Below are positions 16,541-26,176 of a stretch of 64,000 bases of DNA, in pieces. The stretch comes from Acidimicrobiia bacterium. Its GTDB lineage: Bacteria; Actinomycetota; Acidimicrobiia; Spongiisociales; UBA5794. Under the pieces are notes generated by a model that saw only the letters and a program-made list of their open reading frames with translations, made no database searches and was not told the origin of the DNA. Both the position numbers and the translations under genes were made by a program. Location of the stretch: assembly GCA_024762335.1 (NCBI GenBank), contig JANTHO010000006.1:1912-65911 (forward strand), read 5' to 3'. The first letter of the stretch is position 1. Each line of letters starts with the position of its first letter.

Positions 16541-18286
16541 ATGGCCATGAAGATCACGATCGTCAACGTCGACGGCTCACCGAACCGCGTGGATGCCGCT
16601 CTCGATCTCGCCGCACGATCCCTCGCAGACGCAGGATGGGATGTCGAGCAACTGCGACTGCCCTCTCGCGGGATACCGGCTGAAGCCAGCGACGAGCACC
16701 GCAGGCTCCTGCATCTATTCACGCTAACGCCGGGCACACTGATCGAATCGTGGCGAATCGCCCGACATCTCGAGTCGCTCACTTCCCCCGGCGACACCGT
16801 GTTGCTCTCCGACTATCGAGGGTTCGGAGGCATGTTCGCCCTCGAGCAAGCATCGCACTCTGAGAGAGAACGTCGCAGTGTCTGGACTCTTGCAGGAGCG
16901 TCGATCACTCTTGCACACCTCGATACGCTGGGAACGATCGGCGGATACGAAGGCGAGACCAACTCAGCCATCGACTGGGAACTCGTTCAATACCGCTTCA
17001 GCGAAGCGGTTATCTGTCCGGCACGGCGAGGTGTCGAACTCCTCGAGAAAGTAGGCGTATCGGCGGTCCCCATGCCCGTCTCAGGACCTACCGTTGCCAC
17101 GGCGTCATCCGGGACGGAGTCCGTGATCTGGCTTCCGGAAGTCGTATCTCGGACATCGAAAACGTCGATGATCGTGAGAAGCCTCGTGTCCGTGCTCGAA
17201 GCGCGGCCCGACACACTGGTCGTGATGAGTGAGGAAGACGAAGAAGACGAGATCTGGGAAGGCACGACATGGAGGCAAGTCGCTGCGACGGCCGAGCGGT
17301 ACGGCGCCCGCATTCAGAGGAGCTCGGAGGATCCGGGGGGCTGGGTCGTCCTCGGCGACGCGTTCGTGGTCCCCGACCCAAAGCTGGTCGAGGCATACGC
17401 CTCCGGGAGACGGATCTTCGCCCCGATTGGCAGCGTCGCAGCGGCGATGATGCCCCAGGCCGTGCCTTGGAAAGACGAAGACAGTCTTGAGGACGCGCTC
17501 CTCCGGGGTACGACTCCGACCGCAAAGGATCAAGAGCAGGAGAGATCATGGCCGCTGCCGATGCCACACAGTGATCCTGACCGTGCCAGCAAGGTGTCGG
17601 TCGGAATCCCGGTTTTCCGGGATGTGCGCTTCCTCGATCAATGTCTCCAGTCGGTGCTCGATCAGTCCCAGCCTCCTCATGAGTTGGTCTTGTTTGATGA
17701 CGGGTCTCTCTCGGCCGAGGTGGGGGCCACCCTCGAAGTGTGGAAAAGCCGCCACCCCAACCTTATCCGGGTGATGCAGGGTCCGAATCGAGGCGTGTGC
17801 GTAGCCCGCAACGCGATGATCGAAGCATTCACCGGGGACGCCTTCGTGCTCGTCGACAGCGACGATGTGCTCCACCCCGACTTCATCGAAGCATGCAGGA
17901 ACGTTCTCCGATCGAGACCGGAAGTCGTGGCCGTTGCAACCTGGACCGAATTCTTCGGCGGATACGAAGGTGTGGAGGCCAAGCCGCCCTTCGACGCTCG
18001 CGTCGGCATGCGCGAGAACCCGATCATCTCTACAGCTGTGCTCGTCGACGCGAAGATTCGTGACGACGGGATCAGATTCGCCCCCGACCTGGCCTTTCTC
18101 TACTGCGAGGATTGGCATCTGTGGTCGCAGATCGTCGCCGACGGCGGTACCTTTGGCCTCGTACCCAGGGCCCTCGTCCGTCATCGAGTTCACCCGTCGT
18201 CGGGCGCCATGAAGCGGACTGCCCTCGCCCACACGGTTGGCCGGGCGCGAGCAACCGAACCGATCCGGCCCGGTGATCTTCCATGA
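16541..18286 (+). CDS. Two-domain glycosyltransferase: divergent GT-B-like N-terminal half + GT2 C-terminal domain
   Basis: C-terminal GT2 signature VSVGIPVFRDVRFLDQCLQSVLDQSQPPHELVLFDDGS ... VLVDSDDVLHPDF. Confidence 0.85.
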   Translation: MAMKITIVNVDGSPNRVDAALDLAARSLADAGWDVEQLRLPSRGIPAEASDEHRRLLHLFTLTPGTLIESWRIARHLESLTSPGDTVLLSDYRGFGGMFALEQASHSERERRSVWTLAGASITLAHLDTLGTIGGYEGETNSAIDWELVQYRFSEAVICPARRGVELLEKVGVSAVPMPVSGPTVATASSGTESVIWLPEVVSRTSKTSMIVRSLVSVLEARPDTLVVMSEEDEEDEIWEGTTWRQVAATAERYGARIQRSSEDPGGWVVLGDAFVVPDPKLVEAYASGRRIFAPIGSVAAAMMPQAVPWKDEDSLEDALLRGTTPTAKDQEQERSWPLPMPHSDPDRASKVSVGIPVFRDVRFLDQCLQSVLDQSQPPHELVLFDDGSLSAEVGATLEVWKSRHPNLIRVMQGPNRGVCVARNAMIEAFTGDAFVLVDSDDVLHPDFIEACRNVLRSRPEVVAVATWTEFFGGYEGVEAKPPFDARVGMRENPIISTAVLVDAKIRDDGIRFAPDLAFLYCEDWHLWSQIVADGGTFGLVPRALVRHRVHPSSGAMKRTALAHTVGRARATEPIRPGDLP

Positions 18287-19446
18287 GCCAATTCATCGCT
18301 GTCGCAGGGCGCATGCCGAGACCGGTCCGACGACTCGCCAAGATGCTTCCCGGTTCGGAAACCCTACGCCGACTGGCAGCGGGCAAACCCGGGGGCCAGG
18401 CACCCGCCTCCGGGACGCTGCGACCCGTTGTGTACCTCCCAACCTGGGCTCGGTGGGACGTCATGCGACAGCGGCCGCAATTCCTCCTCGAAGTGTTCGC
18501 GTCGGCCGGCCACCCGGTGTACTTCGTTGATCCACGCGCGGACACCGAACGCATCGCCGACGGAGTGACGATCGTTCCTTCGGTCGCTTCTGTACCGGCG
18601 GAACACGTCATCCTCTACATCCACTTCGCCCCGCTGCGCGCGCTCATCGATCGATTCACCGACGCGGTCGTCGTGTACGACGTCCTCGACGACCTGACCA
18701 TCTACGAAGCCGACGAAATCGGCCTACCGACCAAGCGGACCGTCGCCTATCATCACCCGTTCCTCATCGAACGAGCCGATCAGATGATCGTCTCCAACTC
18801 GGTCTTGCACGACCGGTACGGACATGACCGGGACGGCGTTCTACTCATCGAGAACGGCGTCGACTCTGCCTGGTTCGCGAAGAAGCGACAGCGACCCGCA
18901 GATCTCGTCGAGACGACACGGCCCGTGATCGGCTACCGGGGAGCGGTGGGGGAGTGGTTCGACTTCGATCTTCTCGAGGCCGTTGCCGAACAGGAGCCGG
19001 AATGGCATTTCATCGTTGTCGGACCGATCTACGACCGTGTCGCGGACCGGGCCGATCGGCTGTCACGAATGGCCAACGTCGACTTCATAGGGGAGCGGCC
19101 GTCCGATGAGATGCCGGCGTACGCTCAGGCGTTCGACGCCGAGGCGATCTGGTTTGTCGTCGATGAAATGACCTCCGGTGTCACCCCACTGAAAATGTTC
19201 GAAGCGCTCGCCGCGGGAACCCCGGTAGTCGCAACACCACTGCCTGCATGTGTCTCAGAAGGGACGATTCGAACCGCCAATGACCCGGTGTCGGTGCGGG
19301 TCGCTCTGCAGGCCGCTCTGAACGACGGGCACGATGAGAGCTGGCTTTCTCGTGCGTCCCGTGCCGCCGCCGATGCAGACTGGGCCAACCGGGTCCAGCC
19401 GTTGCTCGACCGACTCGACGAGCAGAACCAACGGCTTGTCCCATGA
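18283..19446 (+). CDS. Glycosyltransferase, GT-B fold (TuaH-like)
   Basis: MRQRPQFLLEVFASAGHPVYFVDP and the C-terminal nucleotide-sugar binding region TPLKMFEALAAGTPVVATPLP. ATGA overlap upstream. Confidence 0.85.
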   Translation: MSQFIAVAGRMPRPVRRLAKMLPGSETLRRLAAGKPGGQAPASGTLRPVVYLPTWARWDVMRQRPQFLLEVFASAGHPVYFVDPRADTERIADGVTIVPSVASVPAEHVILYIHFAPLRALIDRFTDAVVVYDVLDDLTIYEADEIGLPTKRTVAYHHPFLIERADQMIVSNSVLHDRYGHDRDGVLLIENGVDSAWFAKKRQRPADLVETTRPVIGYRGAVGEWFDFDLLEAVAEQEPEWHFIVVGPIYDRVADRADRLSRMANVDFIGERPSDEMPAYAQAFDAEAIWFVVDEMTSGVTPLKMFEALAAGTPVVATPLPACVSEGTIRTANDPVSVRVALQAALNDGHDESWLSRASRAAADADWANRVQPLLDRLDEQNQRLVP

Positions 19447-21995
19447 GCCGACACATCGTCTTCGCCACCACCGAATACGACCCTCTCGTTCGCGGCGGAG
19501 CCGGCGCCGTGATTTCCGGCCTGCATGGGCTGCTGGAGGATCGCGGCGACATCGTGACGATCGTGCTCGTCACAGACCAGGACGTTCCATCGCTCGATGG
19601 TGTGACCGTGGTACATCCCGGGACAGGCGAGGGTGATGATCCCGCTGCCCTGAGCGCATCGAAGGCGGCGTTCAAGGCAGTGCTGGGTCTTGCTCGGCGG
19701 CAGCCAATTGACCTCGTCGAATTCCAAGACTTCGACGGACTGGCCTTCTGGACGCTCGCTCATCGCGTCGGCACGCCTCTCGAATCGTTACGGATCGCCG
19801 TCCGATACCACCTGCCCGCCGACCACATTCTCGATGCCATCGGAGCGGAGCGGCCCGAATTCTCGGTGGTGCGTGCTATGGAGAGAGCGTCGCTGCGCAG
19901 CGCGGACGTTGTGATTGCCCAAACTCCCTCGATGGCCGATTCGATATACGAGCGATACGGGACCGAGCCGGACCGAATCGTCGCTGGTCCACCTCCGGTG
20001 CTCTCGGTCGGCCGCGTCGAAGGGGGGCGCTCGGGGACACCGCGTCTCGTCGTCGTCGGTCGGCTCAGCGAGCAGAAAGGCACCCACGACTGCGTGCGGG
20101 CGCTCGGGCCGGTGCTTGCCCGGCATCGGGACCTCATCCTCGAGTTCGTTGGGAGCGATGGCTGGAGCGCTACGGCGAACCAGCCGATGCGCCAGTGGGT
20201 GTGGAGTCTTGCTCCAGACGACGTACGGAATCAGATTGTGTTCACCGACCCGATGCTCCGCGAAGACCTCCCGGGACATCTGTCGGGGGCTTGGGCTGTG
20301 CTCGTCCCCAGCCGGTTGGAGAGCTTCTGCCTCGCAGCGCATGAGGCACGAGCCATGGGGCTCCCACTCATCGCCAGGAATCTCCCCCCGATCACAGACT
20401 ACTTCGACACGAGCGCGGGGGCGCTTATCTATGACGGTACGGATGATGATCTGCGCCGGACCGTCTCTGCCGTGCTCGAACATCAGGAGATCCTCGACGA
20501 ACTCGGTGCAGCACCGCTCCCGACATACGACGATCCGGCATCCGTTTACACCGATGTGCTTCCTCGCTCGAGGCATCCGCACAGTCAGGCCGGGCATGCC
20601 ACCGCGGCGATCCACGCCCTCGAGGAGGTTCTTGCAGGAACCGCGTCCGGTCGTCGGGGACGCATTGCCATCCAGCGAGCGCTTGAGGTCCTACCGCCGT
20701 CAGTGGCACGTGCCGCCGTTCGCATCGTCCCGCAGCGGATGAAGGAGCGGTTCCGAGGCGTAGCGTCATGGCCTGCAGAGCAAGAGCGACGGCAACTCGT
20801 GGAGCGACAGGCGACGGTCGATGATCGGATCAGTGCCGGCTTGTTCCCCGAACTGACCGCTCCGCAGGTGTCGATCATCATCCCTTGCTACAACCACGGG
20901 TCCTACCTTGCCGGTGCGCTTCTGACGGTCTTCGAACAGACACACGATTCGTGGGAGGTCATCATCGTCGATGATGGCTCGACGGAGGCCGAGACGGTCA
21001 CCTTTCTCGATGAACTCGACATGCCCCGGGTCCGGGTCGTGCACCAGGACAACTCCGGCCTGCCTGGTGCGCGCAACCTCGGAATTCGTCATGCACGGGG
21101 CGAGTTCATCGTTCCCCTCGATGCCGATGACGAACTCCTCCCCGAGTATGTCGCGACCATGCTCAAAGCCCTCGAGGGCGAACCTGCGGCAGCATTCGCC
21201 CACTGTTGGGCCGAACTCTTCGGAGACGTCAATTGGATCTGGGCGACCCGTCCCTATAACCCGTACACGGTGCTGCTGTCGAACTCAGTGCTCCAGGTCG
21301 CGACGTTCAGACGGGCGGCATGGGAGGCCGTAGGAGGCTACGACGAGACGATGATACGCGGCAACGAGGATTGGGACCTGTGGCTGCGGTTCCAGGAAGC
21401 CGGATGGGGCAACGTGCAGATCTACCGGCCCCTCTACCGCTATCGCAAGCACGGGATCACGATGAGCGTCGATACCGAAGCCGACTTCGAAAAGGGCCGG
21501 GAACGGATCAGACAGCGGCACCCGATGCTCTACCAACCGGCGGCGATCCGAGAGAACAAGGCCGCTCACTTTCCCCTGCTTTCGATCGTCGTTACCCCAA
21601 CGCATGGGGGCAGGGCGAACGCATTCGGATTGGAGGATGTGCAGATCATCGATGGGATGATCGGTCGATGTGAAGCGATCGCCGCAGCGCGCGGCAAGTA
21701 CGTCGTATTCTGGGCAGGTGGGGCCGCCGACATCGTGTTGGATCTCGTCGATCGCCTGGAACGCGACCCGAATCTCGGAGCCGCAACGGGCGCTGGTGAA
21801 ACGGTCTATCGGAGATGGGAACTCGTTGACCCGCGCACCGGCCTCGACCTGGGCGAGGCGCCGGTGCCGGAGCGGTGTCCGGAGGACGGTTGGGCTGTCC
21901 CCGCCCAGATGAGTGTCTCTGGACGTGTCCTGCCGGTCGTGCGGCAGCGGCCGGAGGAAGAAGGCCGTCTTCCCGAGTGGGTGGACGCATCGTGA
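19443..21995 (+). CDS. Bifunctional glycosyltransferase: N-terminal GT4 (group 1) + C-terminal GT2
   Basis: GT4 part: SEQKGTHD ... PSRLESFCLAAHEARAMGLPLIARN. GT2 part: VSIIIPCYNHGSYLAGALLTVFEQTHDSWEVIIVDDGSTE ... VPLDADDELLPEY ... GNEDWDLWLR. 850 aa. Confidence 0.9.
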   Translation: MSRHIVFATTEYDPLVRGGAGAVISGLHGLLEDRGDIVTIVLVTDQDVPSLDGVTVVHPGTGEGDDPAALSASKAAFKAVLGLARRQPIDLVEFQDFDGLAFWTLAHRVGTPLESLRIAVRYHLPADHILDAIGAERPEFSVVRAMERASLRSADVVIAQTPSMADSIYERYGTEPDRIVAGPPPVLSVGRVEGGRSGTPRLVVVGRLSEQKGTHDCVRALGPVLARHRDLILEFVGSDGWSATANQPMRQWVWSLAPDDVRNQIVFTDPMLREDLPGHLSGAWAVLVPSRLESFCLAAHEARAMGLPLIARNLPPITDYFDTSAGALIYDGTDDDLRRTVSAVLEHQEILDELGAAPLPTYDDPASVYTDVLPRSRHPHSQAGHATAAIHALEEVLAGTASGRRGRIAIQRALEVLPPSVARAAVRIVPQRMKERFRGVASWPAEQERRQLVERQATVDDRISAGLFPELTAPQVSIIIPCYNHGSYLAGALLTVFEQTHDSWEVIIVDDGSTEAETVTFLDELDMPRVRVVHQDNSGLPGARNLGIRHARGEFIVPLDADDELLPEYVATMLKALEGEPAAAFAHCWAELFGDVNWIWATRPYNPYTVLLSNSVLQVATFRRAAWEAVGGYDETMIRGNEDWDLWLRFQEAGWGNVQIYRPLYRYRKHGITMSVDTEADFEKGRERIRQRHPMLYQPAAIRENKAAHFPLLSIVVTPTHGGRANAFGLEDVQIIDGMIGRCEAIAAARGKYVVFWAGGAADIVLDLVDRLERDPNLGAATGAGETVYRRWELVDPRTGLDLGEAPVPERCPEDGWAVPAQMSVSGRVLPVVRQRPEEEGRLPEWVDAS

Positions 21996-23641
21996 CCCTC
22001 TCAATAGCGGTCAAGCGGATGCTCCGGCCGCTGATCCCGGATCGTCTGATGGCGCGTTACCGGCTGATGCAGCATTCCCGGCAGGTCAGAACAAACGTCG
22101 ACGTAGTGCTCACAGACCGGCGGCTACGCAAGCGATGGTTGGTGGCCACACCCGACACATACCGGGTTGTGAATCCGCCTGAAATCGACACACCACGACC
22201 ATCGGCACACGACATCGAAGCCTTCGGTCTCGACAGCGCGCGAGCGATCGAATTACTAAGTCTCCCCGGCGTCGATGTCGGCGTTATCGCTCGTGTGGCT
22301 GTTCCAGCAATCATCGGACGGAGACGGGTTGAACCGCCGATGGAGCCGGTCGCAATCGCTGCCCCTCGTGATGTCATCGCAGAGATCGGAGGTCCTCCCG
22401 GACGTCCAGAGTCTCTGCCCGGACTCCTGGCAAGACTTCGGGCAGCAGGGCGGAGACTCGCCGTCCTACCCATCGAGACGGATGCGGTCGAAACCGAGCG
22501 GAACGATCCCATCGAAAAGCCGCCCGTTGTGATCCTCTCCGCCGTTCCCCTCCACGACATCGGAGGCGGTTCACGCGCTGCACAGTTAACGTTCGCGTTG
22601 CTCAGATCCGGCTTCCACGTCACATACGTGACGATGCACGGCACGCAGGAGTCCACCGACCTGGGGCTCCGCTACATTCATCCAAGCCTCGAGCAGTACA
22701 GCGTCGACCGATTTGACGTGGTCAGTACGGCCGATCGCGCCGGCAGGGCGGGGTTGGTGCTCATCGAGGTGCCCGCCAGCACCTACCGCGAATCGATTGA
22801 GGCGCTGACCAGGCGAGGTTGGACGGTCGGATACGACATCATCGACGACTGGTCCGACCCGGCACTCGGGGGGGAGTGGTTCGACGCCGACACTGAAGAG
22901 TGGATGATTGGCAGGGCCGACTTCGTGACCGCATCCGCTCCTGATCTTGTCGAGCGGGCTCATGCAATCGGCTCGTCGGCAACCTTGATCCCGAATGCCG
23001 TGAATCGCGACCTGTTCGGGCCGATTGCTGTCGACCGCCCCTTGGATCTGCCCGAAACGGACGGTCCCGTCCTCGGGTACTGCGGATCGCTCTACGGGGA
23101 TTGGTTCGACTGGGACGCATTGCGATCGGTTGCCGACGCTTTCCCCCAGGCGAGGATTGTGGTAATCGGTGATGCCAGGGGAATCGACCATGGCATGCCC
23201 GCGAATGTCGATCTTCTCGGTCTCAAGGCGCAAGGGGACCTTCCCTCCTACATCCAGCGTTTCGACGTTGGACTCCTTCCGTTTCACGTCACGAGAACGA
23301 CCCACGCCGTGAGTCCGCTCAAGGTGTACGAGTACCTGGCCTCCGGTGTCCCTGTTGCAGCCCCACCGTTACGCGCCCTGGAGTCACTCGACGGTGTGTA
23401 CACCGCCCGCAATCTGGTGTCGGCGGCGAAGGCGGCACTTGACGCGGCTCCGCCCGATCGGCAAGCGGTGCTGGGGCAACACTCGTGGAGTGCCCGCGTC
23501 GACACGATCCTTGCCCGCGCCGGCCTCGATCGTCCTACGGTGCCGGGGGATCCAGCGCTGATCCGGAAGCGACCCGTCGTGCACTACGCCCGGCGTGAGA
23601 GGGATGTGCGAACAGGCACCGGTAGGCTTGACGAACCATGA
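21992..23641 (+). CDS. Glycosyltransferase, GT-B fold (TuaH-like paralog of 18283..19446) with an extra ~190-aa N-terminal region
   Basis: ILSAVPLHDIGGGSRAAQLTFALLRSGFHVTYV and SPLKVYEYLASGVPVAAPPL. The GTG at 21992 overlaps the upstream stop (GTGA). Confidence 0.8.
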   Translation: MTLSIAVKRMLRPLIPDRLMARYRLMQHSRQVRTNVDVVLTDRRLRKRWLVATPDTYRVVNPPEIDTPRPSAHDIEAFGLDSARAIELLSLPGVDVGVIARVAVPAIIGRRRVEPPMEPVAIAAPRDVIAEIGGPPGRPESLPGLLARLRAAGRRLAVLPIETDAVETERNDPIEKPPVVILSAVPLHDIGGGSRAAQLTFALLRSGFHVTYVTMHGTQESTDLGLRYIHPSLEQYSVDRFDVVSTADRAGRAGLVLIEVPASTYRESIEALTRRGWTVGYDIIDDWSDPALGGEWFDADTEEWMIGRADFVTASAPDLVERAHAIGSSATLIPNAVNRDLFGPIAVDRPLDLPETDGPVLGYCGSLYGDWFDWDALRSVADAFPQARIVVIGDARGIDHGMPANVDLLGLKAQGDLPSYIQRFDVGLLPFHVTRTTHAVSPLKVYEYLASGVPVAAPPLRALESLDGVYTARNLVSAAKAALDAAPPDRQAVLGQHSWSARVDTILARAGLDRPTVPGDPALIRKRPVVHYARRERDVRTGTGRLDEP

Positions 23642-24561
23642 ACCGATCCTCCGCAACACCCGACGTCTCCATCGTGCTCCCCGTCTACAACGAGCGGGGA
23701 CACATCGAACAAGAGCTCCAGCGGATTCGCTCGTCGATGGACGCGAGCAACTACACCTACGAGATCATTGTGATCGACGATGGATCCTCCGACGGCTCGG
23801 GGGACCTGCTGCGTGAGATCGAAGGCATCCGGCTGATCCAGTTCGCCCAGAATCGCGGCTCCGGGTCATCTCGGCGAATCGGGACCAACGCCGCCCGAGG
23901 TGAGATCGTCGTGTGGACCGACGTCGACATGACCTACCCGAACGATGAGATGCCGGCGCTCATCGACGAGCTCGACGGCGTCGACCAGGTCGTCGGAGCG
24001 CGAACGAGCGAACAAGGGACGGTGAAGGCGCTGCGCGTTCCCGCGAAGTGGGGCATTCGTAAACTTGCCTCGTATCTGACGAGTACACCGATCCCGGACC
24101 TGAACTCCGGGTTTCGCGCGATGCGACGGGATGTCGCTCTCCAATTTCTCCATCTCCTCCCGCCCGGCTTCTCATGCGTGACGACGATCACCATGACGTT
24201 TCTCAACAATGGGTACTCGGTGAAGTACGTGCCGATCGAGTACGGTGAACGGTCGGGCGAATCGAAGTTCCATTGGTACCGAGACACGAAACGCTACCTG
24301 CTGCAGGTCGTTCGCCTCATCATGATGTACAACCCTCTGCGCGTCCTCATGCCCATCGCCCTGTCTCTGCTCGGCATGGGCCTGGTCAAGCTGGTCTACG
24401 ACCTGGTGACGAAGAACTTCCGGCCGGCTGCCAACACGCTGCTCATCTTCTCTGCGGCATTCGCCGTCGTGCTGGTTGCGGTCCTTGCCGATCTCACGGT
24501 CCAGGTCAGCAAACCGCGGCACAGCGTCGAGCCCGCGTCGGTGTTTCGTCGCGACCGGTAG
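23638..24561 (+). CDS. Polyprenyl-phosphate glycosyltransferase (GT2; GtrB/ArnC/GacI-like) with two C-terminal TM helices
   Basis: VSIVLPVYNERGHIEQ ... IIVIDDGSSDGS ... VWTDVDMTYP. C-terminal hydrophobic hairpin LRVLMPIALSLLGMGLV ... LLIFSAAFAVVLVAVLADL. Confidence 0.85.
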   Translation: MNRSSATPDVSIVLPVYNERGHIEQELQRIRSSMDASNYTYEIIVIDDGSSDGSGDLLREIEGIRLIQFAQNRGSGSSRRIGTNAARGEIVVWTDVDMTYPNDEMPALIDELDGVDQVVGARTSEQGTVKALRVPAKWGIRKLASYLTSTPIPDLNSGFRAMRRDVALQFLHLLPPGFSCVTTITMTFLNNGYSVKYVPIEYGERSGESKFHWYRDTKRYLLQVVRLIMMYNPLRVLMPIALSLLGMGLVKLVYDLVTKNFRPAANTLLIFSAAFAVVLVAVLADLTVQVSKPRHSVEPASVFRRDR

Positions 24562-24615
24562 TTGGACTCGTCGTCGGGGAGGCATCACTTCGGGGCGCCG
24601 TCTCTCTGTCCGTCG

Positions 24616-26166
24616 CTACCCGTCGGCCTCATTCCCCAGCATGACCCGTGGTTGGGTCGTTGCCTTCGATCTTGGATCCCCACGTGAAACGCCGAACAGC
24701 GCCACTACATACAAGAGAGCGATCAGGACAAAGAGGGTGATAGGCACCGCAGACGGCACCGGCGCCCAATAGAGCCAGGTACTCATCGGATCAGCCGGGC
24801 CGTAGTACGTTGAGACGATGCCGACGAACGCGGCCTCCAGCATTATGGCCGCGGCGAGCAGCACAACGGCCGGAACAGCTCGCGATCTGGATCCGGCGAG
24901 AGTAACCCAAAGCGTCGCGGCGATCGCGGCGATCGCGGCGATCATCGGGAATAAGTACCGACCCTGTATGCCGGCCGTGACACCAGTGTTGACATAGGCG
25001 GAGTAGGCCCGGTTGATCACGATTCCGAGGATGATTGCCCCGGGAGTCAGCAATATCCAGTGCTCTCCTCGCGTGATCGGGTTCCCGGCCGGAGGGTGAA
25101 TCAGGCCGATGGCGAGGGTGACGGCGAGCACCAGTGTGGCAACCGCAATGAGTGGGATCGGGAGTTTCACCTCGAGCCAACCCAGCCATCCCCAGAAACT
25201 CTCGACAAACCACACGATGAATCGCTCTGCCCACCAGATCGGCTGCGGGGCCCCGGTAGCTTCCGAAGCGTGAGCGGGCAGTGACGACTGAAGACGGCCG
25301 AGAACGATGAGATTTCTCACCCACCACCAACCGCCCGCGACGAATGCCGCGAGAGCCGCCTCGGCAAGTCGCGTGACCGCGATCTCCGGCTCTCCGCTCC
25401 GCTTGCCCACAACGAAGTAGAGGAGCACCACCCAGATGGGGAACACGAGGGCGAAGCCCTTCGTCAACAGCGCGAGCCCCAACACGACGCCAATTGCGAT
25501 GGCTGTTCGGTGAGAGTCATCGCCGCGCAAGACCTTCGCAACAAAGAGCGTCAGCACGGCGGCGAGAAGAATCAAGAGACCGTCGTTGTTGACGGAGGAC
25601 CCGATGTGGATGAGTTGAGGCACCATCAGGGGAAACGCTGCGGCAGCGAAGCCGGCCCGCTCGGTACCTCCGAGACGCCGGACCGTTGCATAGGCGAGTG
25701 CCGGGAGGGGGGCCACCATCACAGCCGTGAAGATGCGCAATATCCACACGGTCATGTCATACGGGAGAGCAGCGCCGCCGAAGGCGTTAACGATTCGCAG
25801 GAGCGAGCCAAGTACCGCGTAGTAGAGAGGAGGATGTTGCGGCATCCTGTTCGGGCGATCCGACGGTACGTCGGGCGCCAGATCGGCGAAGCTCCCCCGC
25901 TGGCCTCTCGGGGCGATGTCGTCCGGGGAGAGGTTCCGCTCCATGAAGTGGACACGGTCCAACGACACGTCTGTCTGCTCGGAGAGCGACATCTCGTCGT
26001 ACGCGGGGTAGTCCCACGTTCTGCTCATTCGAATTGCAAGGTCGACGTGCTCGGGTTCATCCGGCGCCCGGTATGTTGGAAACAACGTTGCACTCAACGC
26101 CATGAGCACGAAACCGAGTGCGACGAGAACTCCAACGATACGACCGGGATGGCGAGTCTTGGACAT
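24616..26166 (-). CDS. GT-C fold membrane glycosyltransferase (ArnT/PMT/DUF2142-like)
   Basis: 516 aa with at least 11 TM segments. First extracytoplasmic loop motif YRAPDEPEHVDLA (DE motif). Convergent with the GtrB-like gene. Confidence 0.75.
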   Translation of the reverse strand: MSKTRHPGRIVGVLVALGFVLMALSATLFPTYRAPDEPEHVDLAIRMSRTWDYPAYDEMSLSEQTDVSLDRVHFMERNLSPDDIAPRGQRGSFADLAPDVPSDRPNRMPQHPPLYYAVLGSLLRIVNAFGGAALPYDMTVWILRIFTAVMVAPLPALAYATVRRLGGTERAGFAAAAFPLMVPQLIHIGSSVNNDGLLILLAAVLTLFVAKVLRGDDSHRTAIAIGVVLGLALLTKGFALVFPIWVVLLYFVVGKRSGEPEIAVTRLAEAALAAFVAGGWWWVRNLIVLGRLQSSLPAHASEATGAPQPIWWAERFIVWFVESFWGWLGWLEVKLPIPLIAVATLVLAVTLAIGLIHPPAGNPITRGEHWILLTPGAIILGIVINRAYSAYVNTGVTAGIQGRYLFPMIAAIAAIAATLWVTLAGSRSRAVPAVVLLAAAIMLEAAFVGIVSTYYGPADPMSTWLYWAPVPSAVPITLFVLIALLYVVALFGVSRGDPRSKATTQPRVMLGNEADG

Positions 26167-26176
26167 CTAGAGAAGG

